DNA of 64,000 bases from an uncultured Acidobacteriaceae bacterium (GTDB lineage: Bacteria; Acidobacteriota; Terriglobia; Acidiferrales; UBA7541). The position numbers were made by a program, and so were the translations under genes. The notes below the pieces were generated by a model. The model was given only the letters and a program-made list of their open reading frames with translations. It was not told where the DNA came from and searched no databases. The stretch lies in NCBI GenBank assembly GCA_964542805.1, contig CAZIWR010000001.1:2600-66599 (forward strand), read 5' to 3'. How positions within the stretch are numbered: the first letter of the stretch is position 1; each line of letters begins with the position of its first letter. Below, in pieces: positions 54,302 to 63,945 of the stretch.

Positions 54302-54307
54302 TATAAT
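54302..54307 (+). promoter_or_regulatory. Perfect TATAAT hexamer 25 nt upstream of the S24/S26 peptidase start
   Basis: TATAAT at 54302-54307. No convincing -35 at 17±1 bp (CTATCC). It follows a perfect 16-bp tandem duplication. Confidence 0.3.
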
Positions 54308-54331
54308 GCTTCGACCATTCTGCACTCTCAC

Positions 54332-54826
54332 ATGAACACCATCTCCACGGCTGCTCCCCCCGAACTCGTTCCCGACGACGTCCGCCTCCGCGCCGAGATG
54401 CTCGCCGACGTCCTCCGTTCCGGCGGCACGGTCACGCTCCGCGTCTTCGGCGGCAGTATGTGGCCCTGGCTGCGCTCCGGTGACGCGATTTCCGTTCGCC
54501 GCGAAGACGCTGCGCGCATCCATCTTGGCGAAGTGGTGCTCTTTGCCCGCGAAGGCCGCCTCTTCGCCCACCGCGTAATCCGCAAACTCGCTCGCGATGG
54601 CCGCGCGGTACTCATCACCAAAGGCGATGCGCTGCCCCACGCCGATGCCCCGCTCGAATCCGCTGAACTGCTCGGCCGCATCTTCCGTGTCCGCCGCGCC
54701 GGACGCGAGTTCGCTCTCGATTCGCCGCAGCGCCGCGCGCTCGGCCGCGCCGCTGCGTTGCTCACCCACTCCAGCCGCTTCTGGTACCCTCTGGCCCGCG
54801 CCCTCAAACGCGCCTTCTCCCCGTAG
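54332..54826 (+). CDS. S24/S26-family (LexA/signal-peptidase-I-like) serine peptidase
   Basis: Track ORF 54188..54826 trimmed to the ATG at 54332. FGGSMWPWLRSGD (nucleophile Ser in the GxSM context) and LITKGDA (general-base Lys context). 164 aa. Confidence 0.65.
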   Translation: MNTISTAAPPELVPDDVRLRAEMLADVLRSGGTVTLRVFGGSMWPWLRSGDAISVRREDAARIHLGEVVLFAREGRLFAHRVIRKLARDGRAVLITKGDALPHADAPLESAELLGRIFRVRRAGREFALDSPQRRALGRAAALLTHSSRFWYPLARALKRAFSP

Positions 54827-54934
54827 CGTCCACCCCTCGGCGGCTCCTGTGTGTTTGAGCTGTGTCCTCTGCGCCTTCTTTGCGTCCTCTGTGTTAGTGT
54901 TTGGCCTGTTCCCATCGTCTTTTGCGAGGCTTCC

Positions 54935-55555
54935 ATGCACTTCATTTCTGCCATCTGCAATCTGAAAATCTCCATTCTGCGAATCATCGTCGTTTGCATT
55001 TTGTTGTTTGCTGTACCGTCATCGCGCGCGCAGGCCCCTCCTCCCGTCCGAGTCCTCTTCGAAACCCAGCTCGGCGCCATCACCATCGAAGTGGACGCCG
55101 CCCGCGCGCCCGTCACCGCGGCCAATTTCCTGCGCTACGTCGACGCCGGTTTCTACAACGGCGGCGTCTTTCATCGCACCGTGCGCCTTAGCAACCAGCC
55201 CGACAAGAAAGTGAAGATCGAAGTCATTCAGGCCGGCGCCGACCCCGCCCGCGCACGCAGCGGATTTCCGCCCATCCCTCTCGAGCGCACCAACAAAACA
55301 GGACTCGCCCACACCGACGGCTGCGTCTCCATGGCCCGCGACACTCCCGACACCGCCACCTCCGATTTTTTCATTTGCATCGGCGACCAGCCCGCGCTCG
55401 ATTTCGGCGGCGCTCGCAACCCCGATGGACAGGGCTTCGCCGCCTTCGGCCGTGTGATCAAGGGCATGGACGTCGTTCGCAAAATTCAGGCCGCCCCTGC
55501 CGACGCGCAGAAGCTTACCCCTCCCGTCAAAATCCTCTCCGCCAAGCGCCTGTAG
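54935..55555 (+). CDS. Secreted cyclophilin-type peptidyl-prolyl cis-trans isomerase
   Basis: Trimmed to the ATG at 54935. Signal-like ISILRIIVVCILLFAVPSSRAQA. AANFLRYVDAGFYNGGVFHR, VSMAR and DFFICIG...FGRV are cyclophilin motifs. Confidence 0.85.
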   Translation: MHFISAICNLKISILRIIVVCILLFAVPSSRAQAPPPVRVLFETQLGAITIEVDAARAPVTAANFLRYVDAGFYNGGVFHRTVRLSNQPDKKVKIEVIQAGADPARARSGFPPIPLERTNKTGLAHTDGCVSMARDTPDTATSDFFICIGDQPALDFGGARNPDGQGFAAFGRVIKGMDVVRKIQAAPADAQKLTPPVKILSAKRL

Positions 55556-55677
55556 CGGCCACCTCTAAGTGGGCATCTTGCTTGCTTCGAACTTCGTCTT
55601 TATTCCGCTCCCCAGCCGCGCCGCCCCCTCGTGCTACCATTCGAACGAATTGATTTGCACGGGTGCCGGACACACGC

Positions 55678-57075
55678 ATGTCGCAACTCGGTCGTTACGA
55701 AATCCTCGATGAACTGGGCAGCGGATCGATGGGCACGGTCTTCCGCGGCCGCGATCCCATGATTGACCGCGAAGTCGCGGTGAAGACCATTCGTCTGCAG
55801 GGTTTCGCCCCGGGAGAAACCGAAGGTTTTCGCGAGCGCTTTTTCCGCGAGGCCCAGGCCGCGGGAAAACTCTCCCACCCGGGCATCGTCACCATTTACG
55901 ACGTCGGCGTGGACGAGACCGCCCGCACTCCCTTCATCGTGATGGAGCTCATCGCCGGCCGCACGCTCCTGTCCTTGGTCGATGCCGCTCCCGCTCCGCT
56001 CCCGGTCGGCGAAACTCTTGGCCTCGTCAAACAGATCGCCGAAGCGCTCGACTACGCGCACTCCGCGGGCATCGTGCACCGCGACATCAAGCCCGCCAAC
56101 ATCATCGTCACTCCCGCCGGCCGCCCCATCATCACCGACTTCGGTGTGGCGCGACTCCGCAAATCGCAGGTCACCGTGCAGGGCGAAATGATTGGTACTC
56201 CCGCCTTCATGTCGCCCGAGCAGGTGCGCGGCGAGCGCGTGGACGGCCGCGCCGACCTTTTCTCTCTCGGCGTCATCCTCTACTGGATGCTCACGCTCGA
56301 AAAGCCTTTCACCGGAGAGCTCGCCGACCTTATGTTCAAGATCGTCTATCGCGATCCCGCTCCTCCCAGCGCGCTCATCCCCGCTTTGCGTCCCGACTTC
56401 GACGCCGTCATTGCCCGCGCTCTCGCCAAGCCCCGCGAGTCTCGTTATCAAACCGGAGATGAATTTGCCGGCGACCTCGACTGCCTCCTGAGCGGCCAGG
56501 CTCCGCACGCACCGGTTCCTGCTCCGGCTGGCGCCGCTCCCGCAGCCGAACAGACCATGCGCCTGCCAACTGCGGAGGCTTCCGCCACGTTGCCCCTGGC
56601 GGTTGGCCCTCGCGAACGCGCCTCGGATCTCGCCACGCATGTGATCGGCCGCGTCCGCGCCTGGAGCGCGCGCCGCAAGCAAGTCACGCTCCTCGTCGCC
56701 GTGCTTGCCCTGTTGGTGCTCGTGCTGTGGGCGTTCCTGCCGTCGGCCCAATCCGTCCTGGCAATCTCTCTGCAACACAACTTTCGCGCCGGCGCTATTT
56801 CCGTCTGGGTGGACGACCGCCTGGTCCTGGAGGAAAACCTCGTGCATGACGAAGTGCATCGTTTGCCCTTCGCCGCCCCGCGTTATGTCGGCAGGTTTTC
56901 CGAGTCCGTGATCCTCCGCGCCGGCGAGCGCACCATTCGGGTGCGCGTCAATTCCCCCGACGCTGGCTTTGACGAAGTCCGTGAACTCAGCGGCACATTT
57001 CCCAAAGACGGGGACCGCTCGCTCTCCATCAACTGCGACGCGAAAAGGAATTCCCTCACCCTCTCCCTCCGCTGA
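55678..57075 (+). CDS. Hanks-type Ser/Thr protein kinase with TM segment and C-terminal extracytoplasmic domain
   Basis: GRYEILDELGSGSMGTVF (Gly-rich loop), VAVK, HRDIKPANI, DFG and SPE. TM segment VTLLVAVLALLVLVLWAFL. The start may be the GTG at 55663 instead. Confidence 0.85.
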   Translation: MSQLGRYEILDELGSGSMGTVFRGRDPMIDREVAVKTIRLQGFAPGETEGFRERFFREAQAAGKLSHPGIVTIYDVGVDETARTPFIVMELIAGRTLLSLVDAAPAPLPVGETLGLVKQIAEALDYAHSAGIVHRDIKPANIIVTPAGRPIITDFGVARLRKSQVTVQGEMIGTPAFMSPEQVRGERVDGRADLFSLGVILYWMLTLEKPFTGELADLMFKIVYRDPAPPSALIPALRPDFDAVIARALAKPRESRYQTGDEFAGDLDCLLSGQAPHAPVPAPAGAAPAAEQTMRLPTAEASATLPLAVGPRERASDLATHVIGRVRAWSARRKQVTLLVAVLALLVLVLWAFLPSAQSVLAISLQHNFRAGAISVWVDDRLVLEENLVHDEVHRLPFAAPRYVGRFSESVILRAGERTIRVRVNSPDAGFDEVRELSGTFPKDGDRSLSINCDAKRNSLTLSLR

Positions 57076-57086
57076 CTTTTGTCCTC

Positions 57087-57120
57087 CGATTTTCGTTTTT
57101 CGATTTTTCGGTTTTCGTCT
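57087..57120. repeat. T-rich TTTCG-type low-complexity intergenic repeat
   Basis: CCGATTTTCGTTTTTCGATTTTTCGGTTTTCGTCT. Related tracts occur at 21449-21485, ~27880-27905, ~35840-35870, 39243-39262 and 59787-59825 (ATTTCGAGTCTCGAATTTCGCGTTTCG). Confidence 0.65.
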
Positions 57121-57134
57121 TTCTATCTCTGCTC

Positions 57135-57148
57135 ATCTGTGGTTTCAT
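57135..57148. repeat. 14-mer ATCTGTGGTTTCAT (copy 2, upstream of uxs)
   Basis: Identical to 45039-45052. It lies 30 nt upstream of the proposed uxs TTG start. Confidence 0.7.
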
Positions 57149-57177
57149 ATCCCTTCTTCTGTTCGGGAGACTCAACT

Positions 57178-58131
<954 letters not shown>

Positions 58132-58207
58132 CCCGCCTCTTTCGCGCCTTTTGCGCCCCGACCGTTTTTGTCGGGGAGAGGCGGGGCCTCGTCGCATAAA
58201 GCAAAAA

Positions 58208-58227
58208 GCGCCGGCTCTCGCCGGCGC
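58208..58227 (-). terminator. Intrinsic-terminator-like hairpin downstream of ugd
   Basis: GCGCCGGC-TCTC-GCCGGCGC is an 8-bp stem. On the minus strand it is followed by TTTTTGCTTTATG (A-run 58203-58207 on plus). A second hairpin, CCCCGAC-N7-GTCGGGG at 58156-58176, may serve the convergent uxs gene. Confidence 0.55.
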
Positions 58228-58270
58228 CCCTGATGCCTGCTCCCTGGTCCCTGATCCCTTTTCTAGCTGC

Positions 58271-59623
58271 TCACTCCGGCCTCCCAATCGAATGATATTC
58301 AAAACCCATCCCGCGCATTTCTGCCGGGTCCAGCAGGTTTCTGCCGTCCAGAATCAACGGCCGGGCCATGGATTTGCACACGCGCGGCCAGTCCAAATTC
58401 TTGAACTGCGCCCATTCCGTCACGATCATCAGCGCCTCCGCGCCCTCCGCTGCTTCATACTCATCCTTGGTGTAGCGCAACTCCGGATAGACCGCCCGCG
58501 TTCGTTCCATGGCTTCCGGATCGTACGCCGCAATCTTCGACCCTTCCGCCAGCAGCCGCTTGATCAGGTCGATCGCCGGCGCGAACCGTATATCGTCGGT
58601 GTTGGCTTTGAACGCCAGTCCTAGCATGCCGATCTTCTTATCTTTCAGCACCCACAGCGCGTGTTTCGTAATTTCCAGATAATGGTCGATGCGCCGCTTG
58701 TTGATGCGTTCAACTTCCTTCAGCAGCGTGAAGTCCACTCCGGCTTTCTCTGCCAACCGCATGAACGCCTGCACGTCCTTCGGCAGGCAGAATCCGCCGA
58801 AGCCCAGCCCCGCCTTGAGGAACTGCGGCCCGATGCGCGGGTCCATGCCCATCGCCCGCGTCACTTCTTCCACGTTGGCGTCCAGCCGCTCGCACAAATC
58901 CGCCAGCGCATTGGCATAGGAAATCTTCAGCGCCAGAAAACTGTTCGACGCGTGCTTGATCAGCTCCGCGCTGTTGATGGTGGTCACGATGAACGCCGGC
59001 AGCGGCACCTTCGGCCGCATGGCCTCCGGCAGCGGACACTGGAAGCTGCGCTCCAAAATCGGCCGGTAGATTTCGCGCAATGTCTTTTCCGCGTCGCCGT
59101 TGTCCACGCCCACCACGATTCGGTCGGGGTAGAGAAAATCCAGCACCGCCGTGCCTTCCCGCAGGAACTCCGGGTTCGACGCCACCGCAAACTCCACGCC
59201 GCCGTGCCGCCCGTACACCGCCAGCGCGCGCTTCAGTTGCTGCCCGGTCTGCACCGGCACCGTGCTCTTCTCGATCACCAGCTTCGAGCTGGTCGCTTCC
59301 GTGGCGATCAGCCGCGCCACGTTGTCGATTGCCGAAAGGTCCGCTTCGCCCGTCTCCAGCGGCGGCGTGCCCACGCAGATGTACACCACTTCGCCGCCGC
59401 GCACCGCCTCGCCGCCATTGGCCGTGAACGTCAGCCGCCCGTCCGCGCGCATCCGCGCCACAATGCCGTCCAGCTCCGCTTCGTAAATGGGCAGCTTCCC
59501 CGCGTTCAGCGTGCGGATTTTCGACTCGTCGTTGTCCGTGCACACCACGTGATGCCCGATCTCCGCCAGGCACGCGCCCGTCACCAGCCCCACATATCCG
59601 CAGCCAATCACCGCAATTTTCAA
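58271..59623 (-). CDS. ugd: UDP-glucose 6-dehydrogenase
   Basis: MKIAVIGCGYVGLVTGACLAEIGH, EKSTVPV and GLGFGGFCLPKD (catalytic Cys). 450 aa. Confidence 0.9.
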   Translation of the reverse strand: MKIAVIGCGYVGLVTGACLAEIGHHVVCTDNDESKIRTLNAGKLPIYEAELDGIVARMRADGRLTFTANGGEAVRGGEVVYICVGTPPLETGEADLSAIDNVARLIATEATSSKLVIEKSTVPVQTGQQLKRALAVYGRHGGVEFAVASNPEFLREGTAVLDFLYPDRIVVGVDNGDAEKTLREIYRPILERSFQCPLPEAMRPKVPLPAFIVTTINSAELIKHASNSFLALKISYANALADLCERLDANVEEVTRAMGMDPRIGPQFLKAGLGFGGFCLPKDVQAFMRLAEKAGVDFTLLKEVERINKRRIDHYLEITKHALWVLKDKKIGMLGLAFKANTDDIRFAPAIDLIKRLLAEGSKIAAYDPEAMERTRAVYPELRYTKDEYEAAEGAEALMIVTEWAQFKNLDWPRVCKSMARPLILDGRNLLDPAEMRGMGFEYHSIGRPE

Positions 59624-59761
59624 GGAGTCCCTCTTCGTATCGCCGGCCCGAGGAATTTGTTTTCTCTCACGACGCTATTCTAATGCGCAATGAGTCCCGC
59701 TATTCTCGCGCATACTCTAACTCCCCGTCCAATCCAATTCCACTTTCGCGCCCAAAATAAT

Positions 59762-59786
59762 AACGGGCGGCTCCTCGCCGCCCGTT
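59762..59786 (-). terminator. Intrinsic-terminator-like hairpin downstream of the bi-domain oxidoreductase gene
   Basis: AACGGGCGG-CTCCTCG-CCGCCCGTT is a 9-bp stem. On the minus strand it is followed by ATTATTTTGGG. Confidence 0.6.
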
Positions 59787-59823
59787 ATTTCGAGTCTCGA
59801 ATTTCGCGTTTCGTGCTTTCGAT

Positions 59824-61923
59824 TTAGCCACTCGCTACTTGCAGTGTTGCCCTCGCCGTCGCCACCCACTCCGCAAACTCCATCGGCATTTTCCCGCTGG
59901 CCACGCCCGCCAGGAACGCTGCCACCATTTCCGCTTGTCCCTTCCCGCGGAAGCTCATCGTTTTCTTTCTTCCATCGCTTGCGAACGTTGCGCGCGCAAA
60001 ATCATCCAGGGTGGCCGTGCGCCCTGCCGCGGAAATCTCAATCCGTTCTTTCGGCACATCCGCGGGCGCAAGGCAATCGTAGGCAATCGTCGCCAACGAC
60101 CCATCCACAAAATGCAGCACTGCGTTCACATCCTCGTTGGGCAGCTCGCCCCGCCGTGTCGCCGCGATCTTCGTCACCGGCGCACCAATCATCGCGCGGC
60201 ACCAATCCACAAAATGACAGACCTCGCCCAGAATTCTTCCGCCCTGCGCCGGGTCGCGCAGCCAATGCTTTTCCGGCAGCGGCCCCGCGTGCACCGTGTA
60301 GCCAATTTTCATCGGCCGCGCGCCCGCGAAAAACTCTTCGAGCGCTCGCGTAGCTGGCGCGAACCGTCGGTTGTGCCCCAGCATGAACGGCACCGGATTC
60401 CTCGCGTGCGCCGCCACCATCCGCTCCAGTTCTACTTCGTTCAGGCACATCGGCTTTTCGAGGAACACCGCCTTGCCCGCCCTTATCGCCGCCACGGCCA
60501 GCGCCGCATGCCAGCGGTGCCTCGTCGCGATGATCACCGCATCAATCTCCGCATCGCGGAGAATCTCCTCAGCGTCCGTAGTGCATCGCGCAAACCCAAA
60601 TTCTTCCCCTGCCTTTTTTGCCGAGACGCCCCTCATGTTGGCGACGCTCACCAGCCGCACGCGCGCATCGCGCTTCAGCGCCGGCAGTAGATACGCTTTC
60701 GCGTAGCTTCCTGCGCCGATCACGCCGACGCCAATTGTTCCTGCCTTCCGCGCCGCCAACTGCGCCAGCTGCATTGTTGCCGATGGGTTCCGCTCCGCCT
60801 TTGAATATTCCAGCAGCACGCCCAGCGACGCCGCCTTACCGTTCGACACCACCTCGTACGCCCGCGTCACGTCGTCCACCGCGAAGCGGTGCGTGATCAG
60901 TGGTGCCACGGCAATCTGTTTTGTCTTCAGCAACGATAAAAACTCTTCCAGGTTTCGCCGCAGCGACCACCGCACCAGTTCGATCGGGAAATCCTCGCCG
61001 CCCTCTTCGTACGCCGGATCGTACCGCCCCGGCCCGTAGGACCTCGCGTAAACCACGGAAAGTTCTTTCGCGTAGCACGCATTCCGCGGCAAATCCGTTC
61101 GCACGTCGCCCACCACCACCAGCATCGCGCGGTCCGCCGCCGCTTCCACAGCCCATTCCACCGGCTCCGCGCTCTTGCTCGCCGCGGCGATAAACACGCG
61201 CGCAAAGCCGCGAAACACTCCCCAGCCGCGCAGCGTCTCGTGCAAGCTGCTGCGCTCCGCCTGCGCCACGTGTTCGAATCCAAGCTTCCGCGCCACCGCG
61301 ATGCGGTCTTCGCGCAAATCAAATCCCGCCACGTGGCATCCCGACGCACGTAGCACCTGCGCCAGCAGTAGCCCAACCGGCCCCAATCCCAGCACCGCCA
61401 CATGTTCGCCGGGCGCCGCGTTGGACAAATGCGCCGCGTGCAGCGCAATCCCTCCCAGTGCTACGAACGAAGCCTCCTCGAAACTCACGCCCTCGGGAAT
61501 CGCCGCGCACAAATTCCGCGGCACAAAATTAATCTCCGCGTGCGTGGCCGCGTCCGTGCCCACGCACGCCACCCGCGTCCCCGGCGTAATTTCGCACTCG
61601 CGCGCTTCCAGCACGGTGCCCGCGCATGAGTAGCCCATCGCCCGCGTCACGTCCAGCCGTTGCTGCACCTTCTGCACCGTTTGCGCCAATCCCTCCCGCC
61701 GCAAGTTAGAGAGCACCTGCTTCACCTGGTCCGGCCGCTTCAGCGCCTTCCCGAGCAGGCTCGACTTCCCCAGCTCCACCGCCGCGCGTTCCGTCCCCGG
61801 ACTAATCAGCGAGCACGCCGTCGCCACCAGAACTCCGGGCGCGCCGAATGCTCCCGCCGCCGGCGCCGGCACTTCCTCCACGCCGATTCTTCCGTTCTTC
61901 AGGTTTTGCACTACCTGCTTCAT
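59824..61923 (-). CDS. Bi-domain oxidoreductase: N-terminal MDR/zinc-type alcohol dehydrogenase-like + C-terminal Gfo/Idh/MocA
   Basis: 699 aa. The N-terminal half has VAVLGLGPVGLL (Rossmann) after a GroES-like segment. The C-terminal half has IGVGVIGAGSYA and VFLEKPM (EKP motif). Confidence 0.8.
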   Translation of the reverse strand: MKQVVQNLKNGRIGVEEVPAPAAGAFGAPGVLVATACSLISPGTERAAVELGKSSLLGKALKRPDQVKQVLSNLRREGLAQTVQKVQQRLDVTRAMGYSCAGTVLEARECEITPGTRVACVGTDAATHAEINFVPRNLCAAIPEGVSFEEASFVALGGIALHAAHLSNAAPGEHVAVLGLGPVGLLLAQVLRASGCHVAGFDLREDRIAVARKLGFEHVAQAERSSLHETLRGWGVFRGFARVFIAAASKSAEPVEWAVEAAADRAMLVVVGDVRTDLPRNACYAKELSVVYARSYGPGRYDPAYEEGGEDFPIELVRWSLRRNLEEFLSLLKTKQIAVAPLITHRFAVDDVTRAYEVVSNGKAASLGVLLEYSKAERNPSATMQLAQLAARKAGTIGVGVIGAGSYAKAYLLPALKRDARVRLVSVANMRGVSAKKAGEEFGFARCTTDAEEILRDAEIDAVIIATRHRWHAALAVAAIRAGKAVFLEKPMCLNEVELERMVAAHARNPVPFMLGHNRRFAPATRALEEFFAGARPMKIGYTVHAGPLPEKHWLRDPAQGGRILGEVCHFVDWCRAMIGAPVTKIAATRRGELPNEDVNAVLHFVDGSLATIAYDCLAPADVPKERIEISAAGRTATLDDFARATFASDGRKKTMSFRGKGQAEMVAAFLAGVASGKMPMEFAEWVATARATLQVASG

Positions 61924-61944
61924 CGCTTCAGCGCCTTCAACCTC

Positions 61945-63945
61945 TCAATTTGTGTCCGCCGCCAAAAACGCAAATCCCACGCTCACCGGCAGCTTCGCCT
62001 CGCACCGAAAATGCACCACCGCCGCTTCTTCGCGCTGCCCGTACCGCGGCGCCACCCAACCACTTTTCAATGTCGTTTCCAATGGCACATTTTCCGGCGC
62101 GGCTGCAATCATCAGCAACGGCCCCACGCGCCATGCCACCTGAAACAGAAATCCCGCCGCTTCCGGCGCCAATTCCGCCATCGCTACGACGTCGCCAGAC
62201 CATGCCTCCCCAGGGCGGAGCGGCTCTGGAACAATCCCGGGGGCCAGATGAAAAAACCATTCCAGCTCGTGCGTTCCCTTGCCGCGCAGCGTGTCGTTAA
62301 CAAACAGAATGTCGCGCTGCCGATCCAGCGCTACTCTCCGCGTCACGCCCAGCTTGCCGCGCAGCCGCTGGTAGCCGGAATGCTCGCCCACGAATTCGAC
62401 GCGCTCCAGGCCCGCGCGCCACACCTTCGCGTCGCTGCGCGTGTCGTCCATCATGCGGAAGAGCAGCCCGGGCCAGAAACGATTTTGCTCCTTACCATCC
62501 ACCATCACAGTGTTGTGCGCTCGCGTCGAGCGAAACTCGTTGCGCTCCGCTGTGCTGCCGGAGTAGCGATACGTCCCCGGATCTACCACCACCGGCTTGC
62601 CGTCCCAGCAAAATTCCACGTTGAGCTGATCGCAGTGTGCGTGGTTGGCCCAGCCGTTGATTCCCAGCGGCCCGCAGCGCACGCTTCCGCGCATCCGCGG
62701 TGACGCGAAGAAGAAATATCCCGAATGATGGAACGCCACGCTTTCCCGAAAAACGCTTCCCGGCGAACTCGGCGGTTCCGGCGCGCGTCCCAGACGCCAC
62801 CAGCCTTCCTCGCAACCGTGCGCGCCGCTCGGCCAGTCGCTGCGCCCAAAGAGCGCGCGACCCACGCTAAGCAGGTGTGCGGCAGCCTCGCCTTCCATTG
62901 CGCAATACGGCAGCAGCCGCCCGTCGTCCGCGTCGCCCAGGATGGGCGTCCGCTCGCGTCCCGCTGCAAGCGCGGCCGCGAACTCAAACATTTTTTCCAG
63001 CCGCGCCGTAAACTCTTTGCCGCAACTTTCCGCTAGTTGCGCCCACGCCTCCGGCGCGCTGTAGCAAAGGCGATCAGCCTGTGCGCCATCTCTTGACGCG
63101 TCCAATCGCGTCAGCAGCAGCGCCCCGCTCAAGAACATCTCTGTCAAAAAAATGTGGTATCCCGACGAGCCTTCGTGCGCCACGCCGTCCTCGCGCACCT
63201 GCGCGTTCATCTCGCGCACAAATTCCCGCCGCGCAAACCGCAGCCAGCGCTGCGCCTCCGGCTGATCGGCAAAGAGCGTGCCGATGTGCAGCAGTCCGAC
63301 GACACATGCCAGGTAGTGGTTCCCGCGCGCCACCGGATTCCATTCACGGTGCGCGTACACAAACCGGCCGTGCAAAAATAGCGCGCGCAAATATTTCTGC
63401 CAGAACGGTTCATGGAGCGCTTCGTCCGTGGCGAAAAACGCCCCCGCCGCTATCCAGTTCACACCGCGGATGGCCGCTTCCATGGGCATGGCCCAGTGGA
63501 TGCCTCGCGGGTATGGGTTTTCCTTCACCCAGTGCAGAATCTGCGCCGCGAATTCTGCGGCATGCCGCGGCTCCCGCGTCAGCAGGTAAGCCTTCGCCAG
63601 CGGCAGCAGATGGTGAAATCGCGCCAGCTCCCACGGCCGCTTCACGTCCGCTTCGGGGGCCGCGTTCACGATGCGCAGTTCGCCCGCGTTGCGCAGCGGC
63701 CAGCGATGACCGCTTTTCGGATCGCGGTGCCAGTCGATTTCCGCGCCGCACGCGTAGCGCTCGCCGAATATCTCGAATTCGTGCTTGTGGATCTCCTCCA
63801 CGCGCGCGAGCGCCGTTTCCGCCGCTCGCAAATAGTGGCTGCCAAACTCCGCCGCTTGCAGCGCCCGCGCTGGATAGAACGGCTGGAAGCGCGAGCGCAG
63901 CAGGTAGCTCGAAAAGCTGGGCAGGTCGCGCTCCAGCGAGTTCAC
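61945..63945 (-). CDS. Heparinase II/III-like (alginate-lyase-fold N-domain + Hepar_II_III C-domain) protein
   Basis: 666 aa, GTG start. DWHRDPKSGHRWP, NHYLACVVGL and ANHAHCDQLNVEF are motifs I associate with heparinase II/III-family proteins encoded in polysaccharide loci. Confidence 0.75.
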   Translation of the reverse strand: MNSLERDLPSFSSYLLRSRFQPFYPARALQAAEFGSHYLRAAETALARVEEIHKHEFEIFGERYACGAEIDWHRDPKSGHRWPLRNAGELRIVNAAPEADVKRPWELARFHHLLPLAKAYLLTREPRHAAEFAAQILHWVKENPYPRGIHWAMPMEAAIRGVNWIAAGAFFATDEALHEPFWQKYLRALFLHGRFVYAHREWNPVARGNHYLACVVGLLHIGTLFADQPEAQRWLRFARREFVREMNAQVREDGVAHEGSSGYHIFLTEMFLSGALLLTRLDASRDGAQADRLCYSAPEAWAQLAESCGKEFTARLEKMFEFAAALAAGRERTPILGDADDGRLLPYCAMEGEAAAHLLSVGRALFGRSDWPSGAHGCEEGWWRLGRAPEPPSSPGSVFRESVAFHHSGYFFFASPRMRGSVRCGPLGINGWANHAHCDQLNVEFCWDGKPVVVDPGTYRYSGSTAERNEFRSTRAHNTVMVDGKEQNRFWPGLLFRMMDDTRSDAKVWRAGLERVEFVGEHSGYQRLRGKLGVTRRVALDRQRDILFVNDTLRGKGTHELEWFFHLAPGIVPEPLRPGEAWSGDVVAMAELAPEAAGFLFQVAWRVGPLLMIAAAPENVPLETTLKSGWVAPRYGQREEAAVVHFRCEAKLPVSVGFAFLAADTN

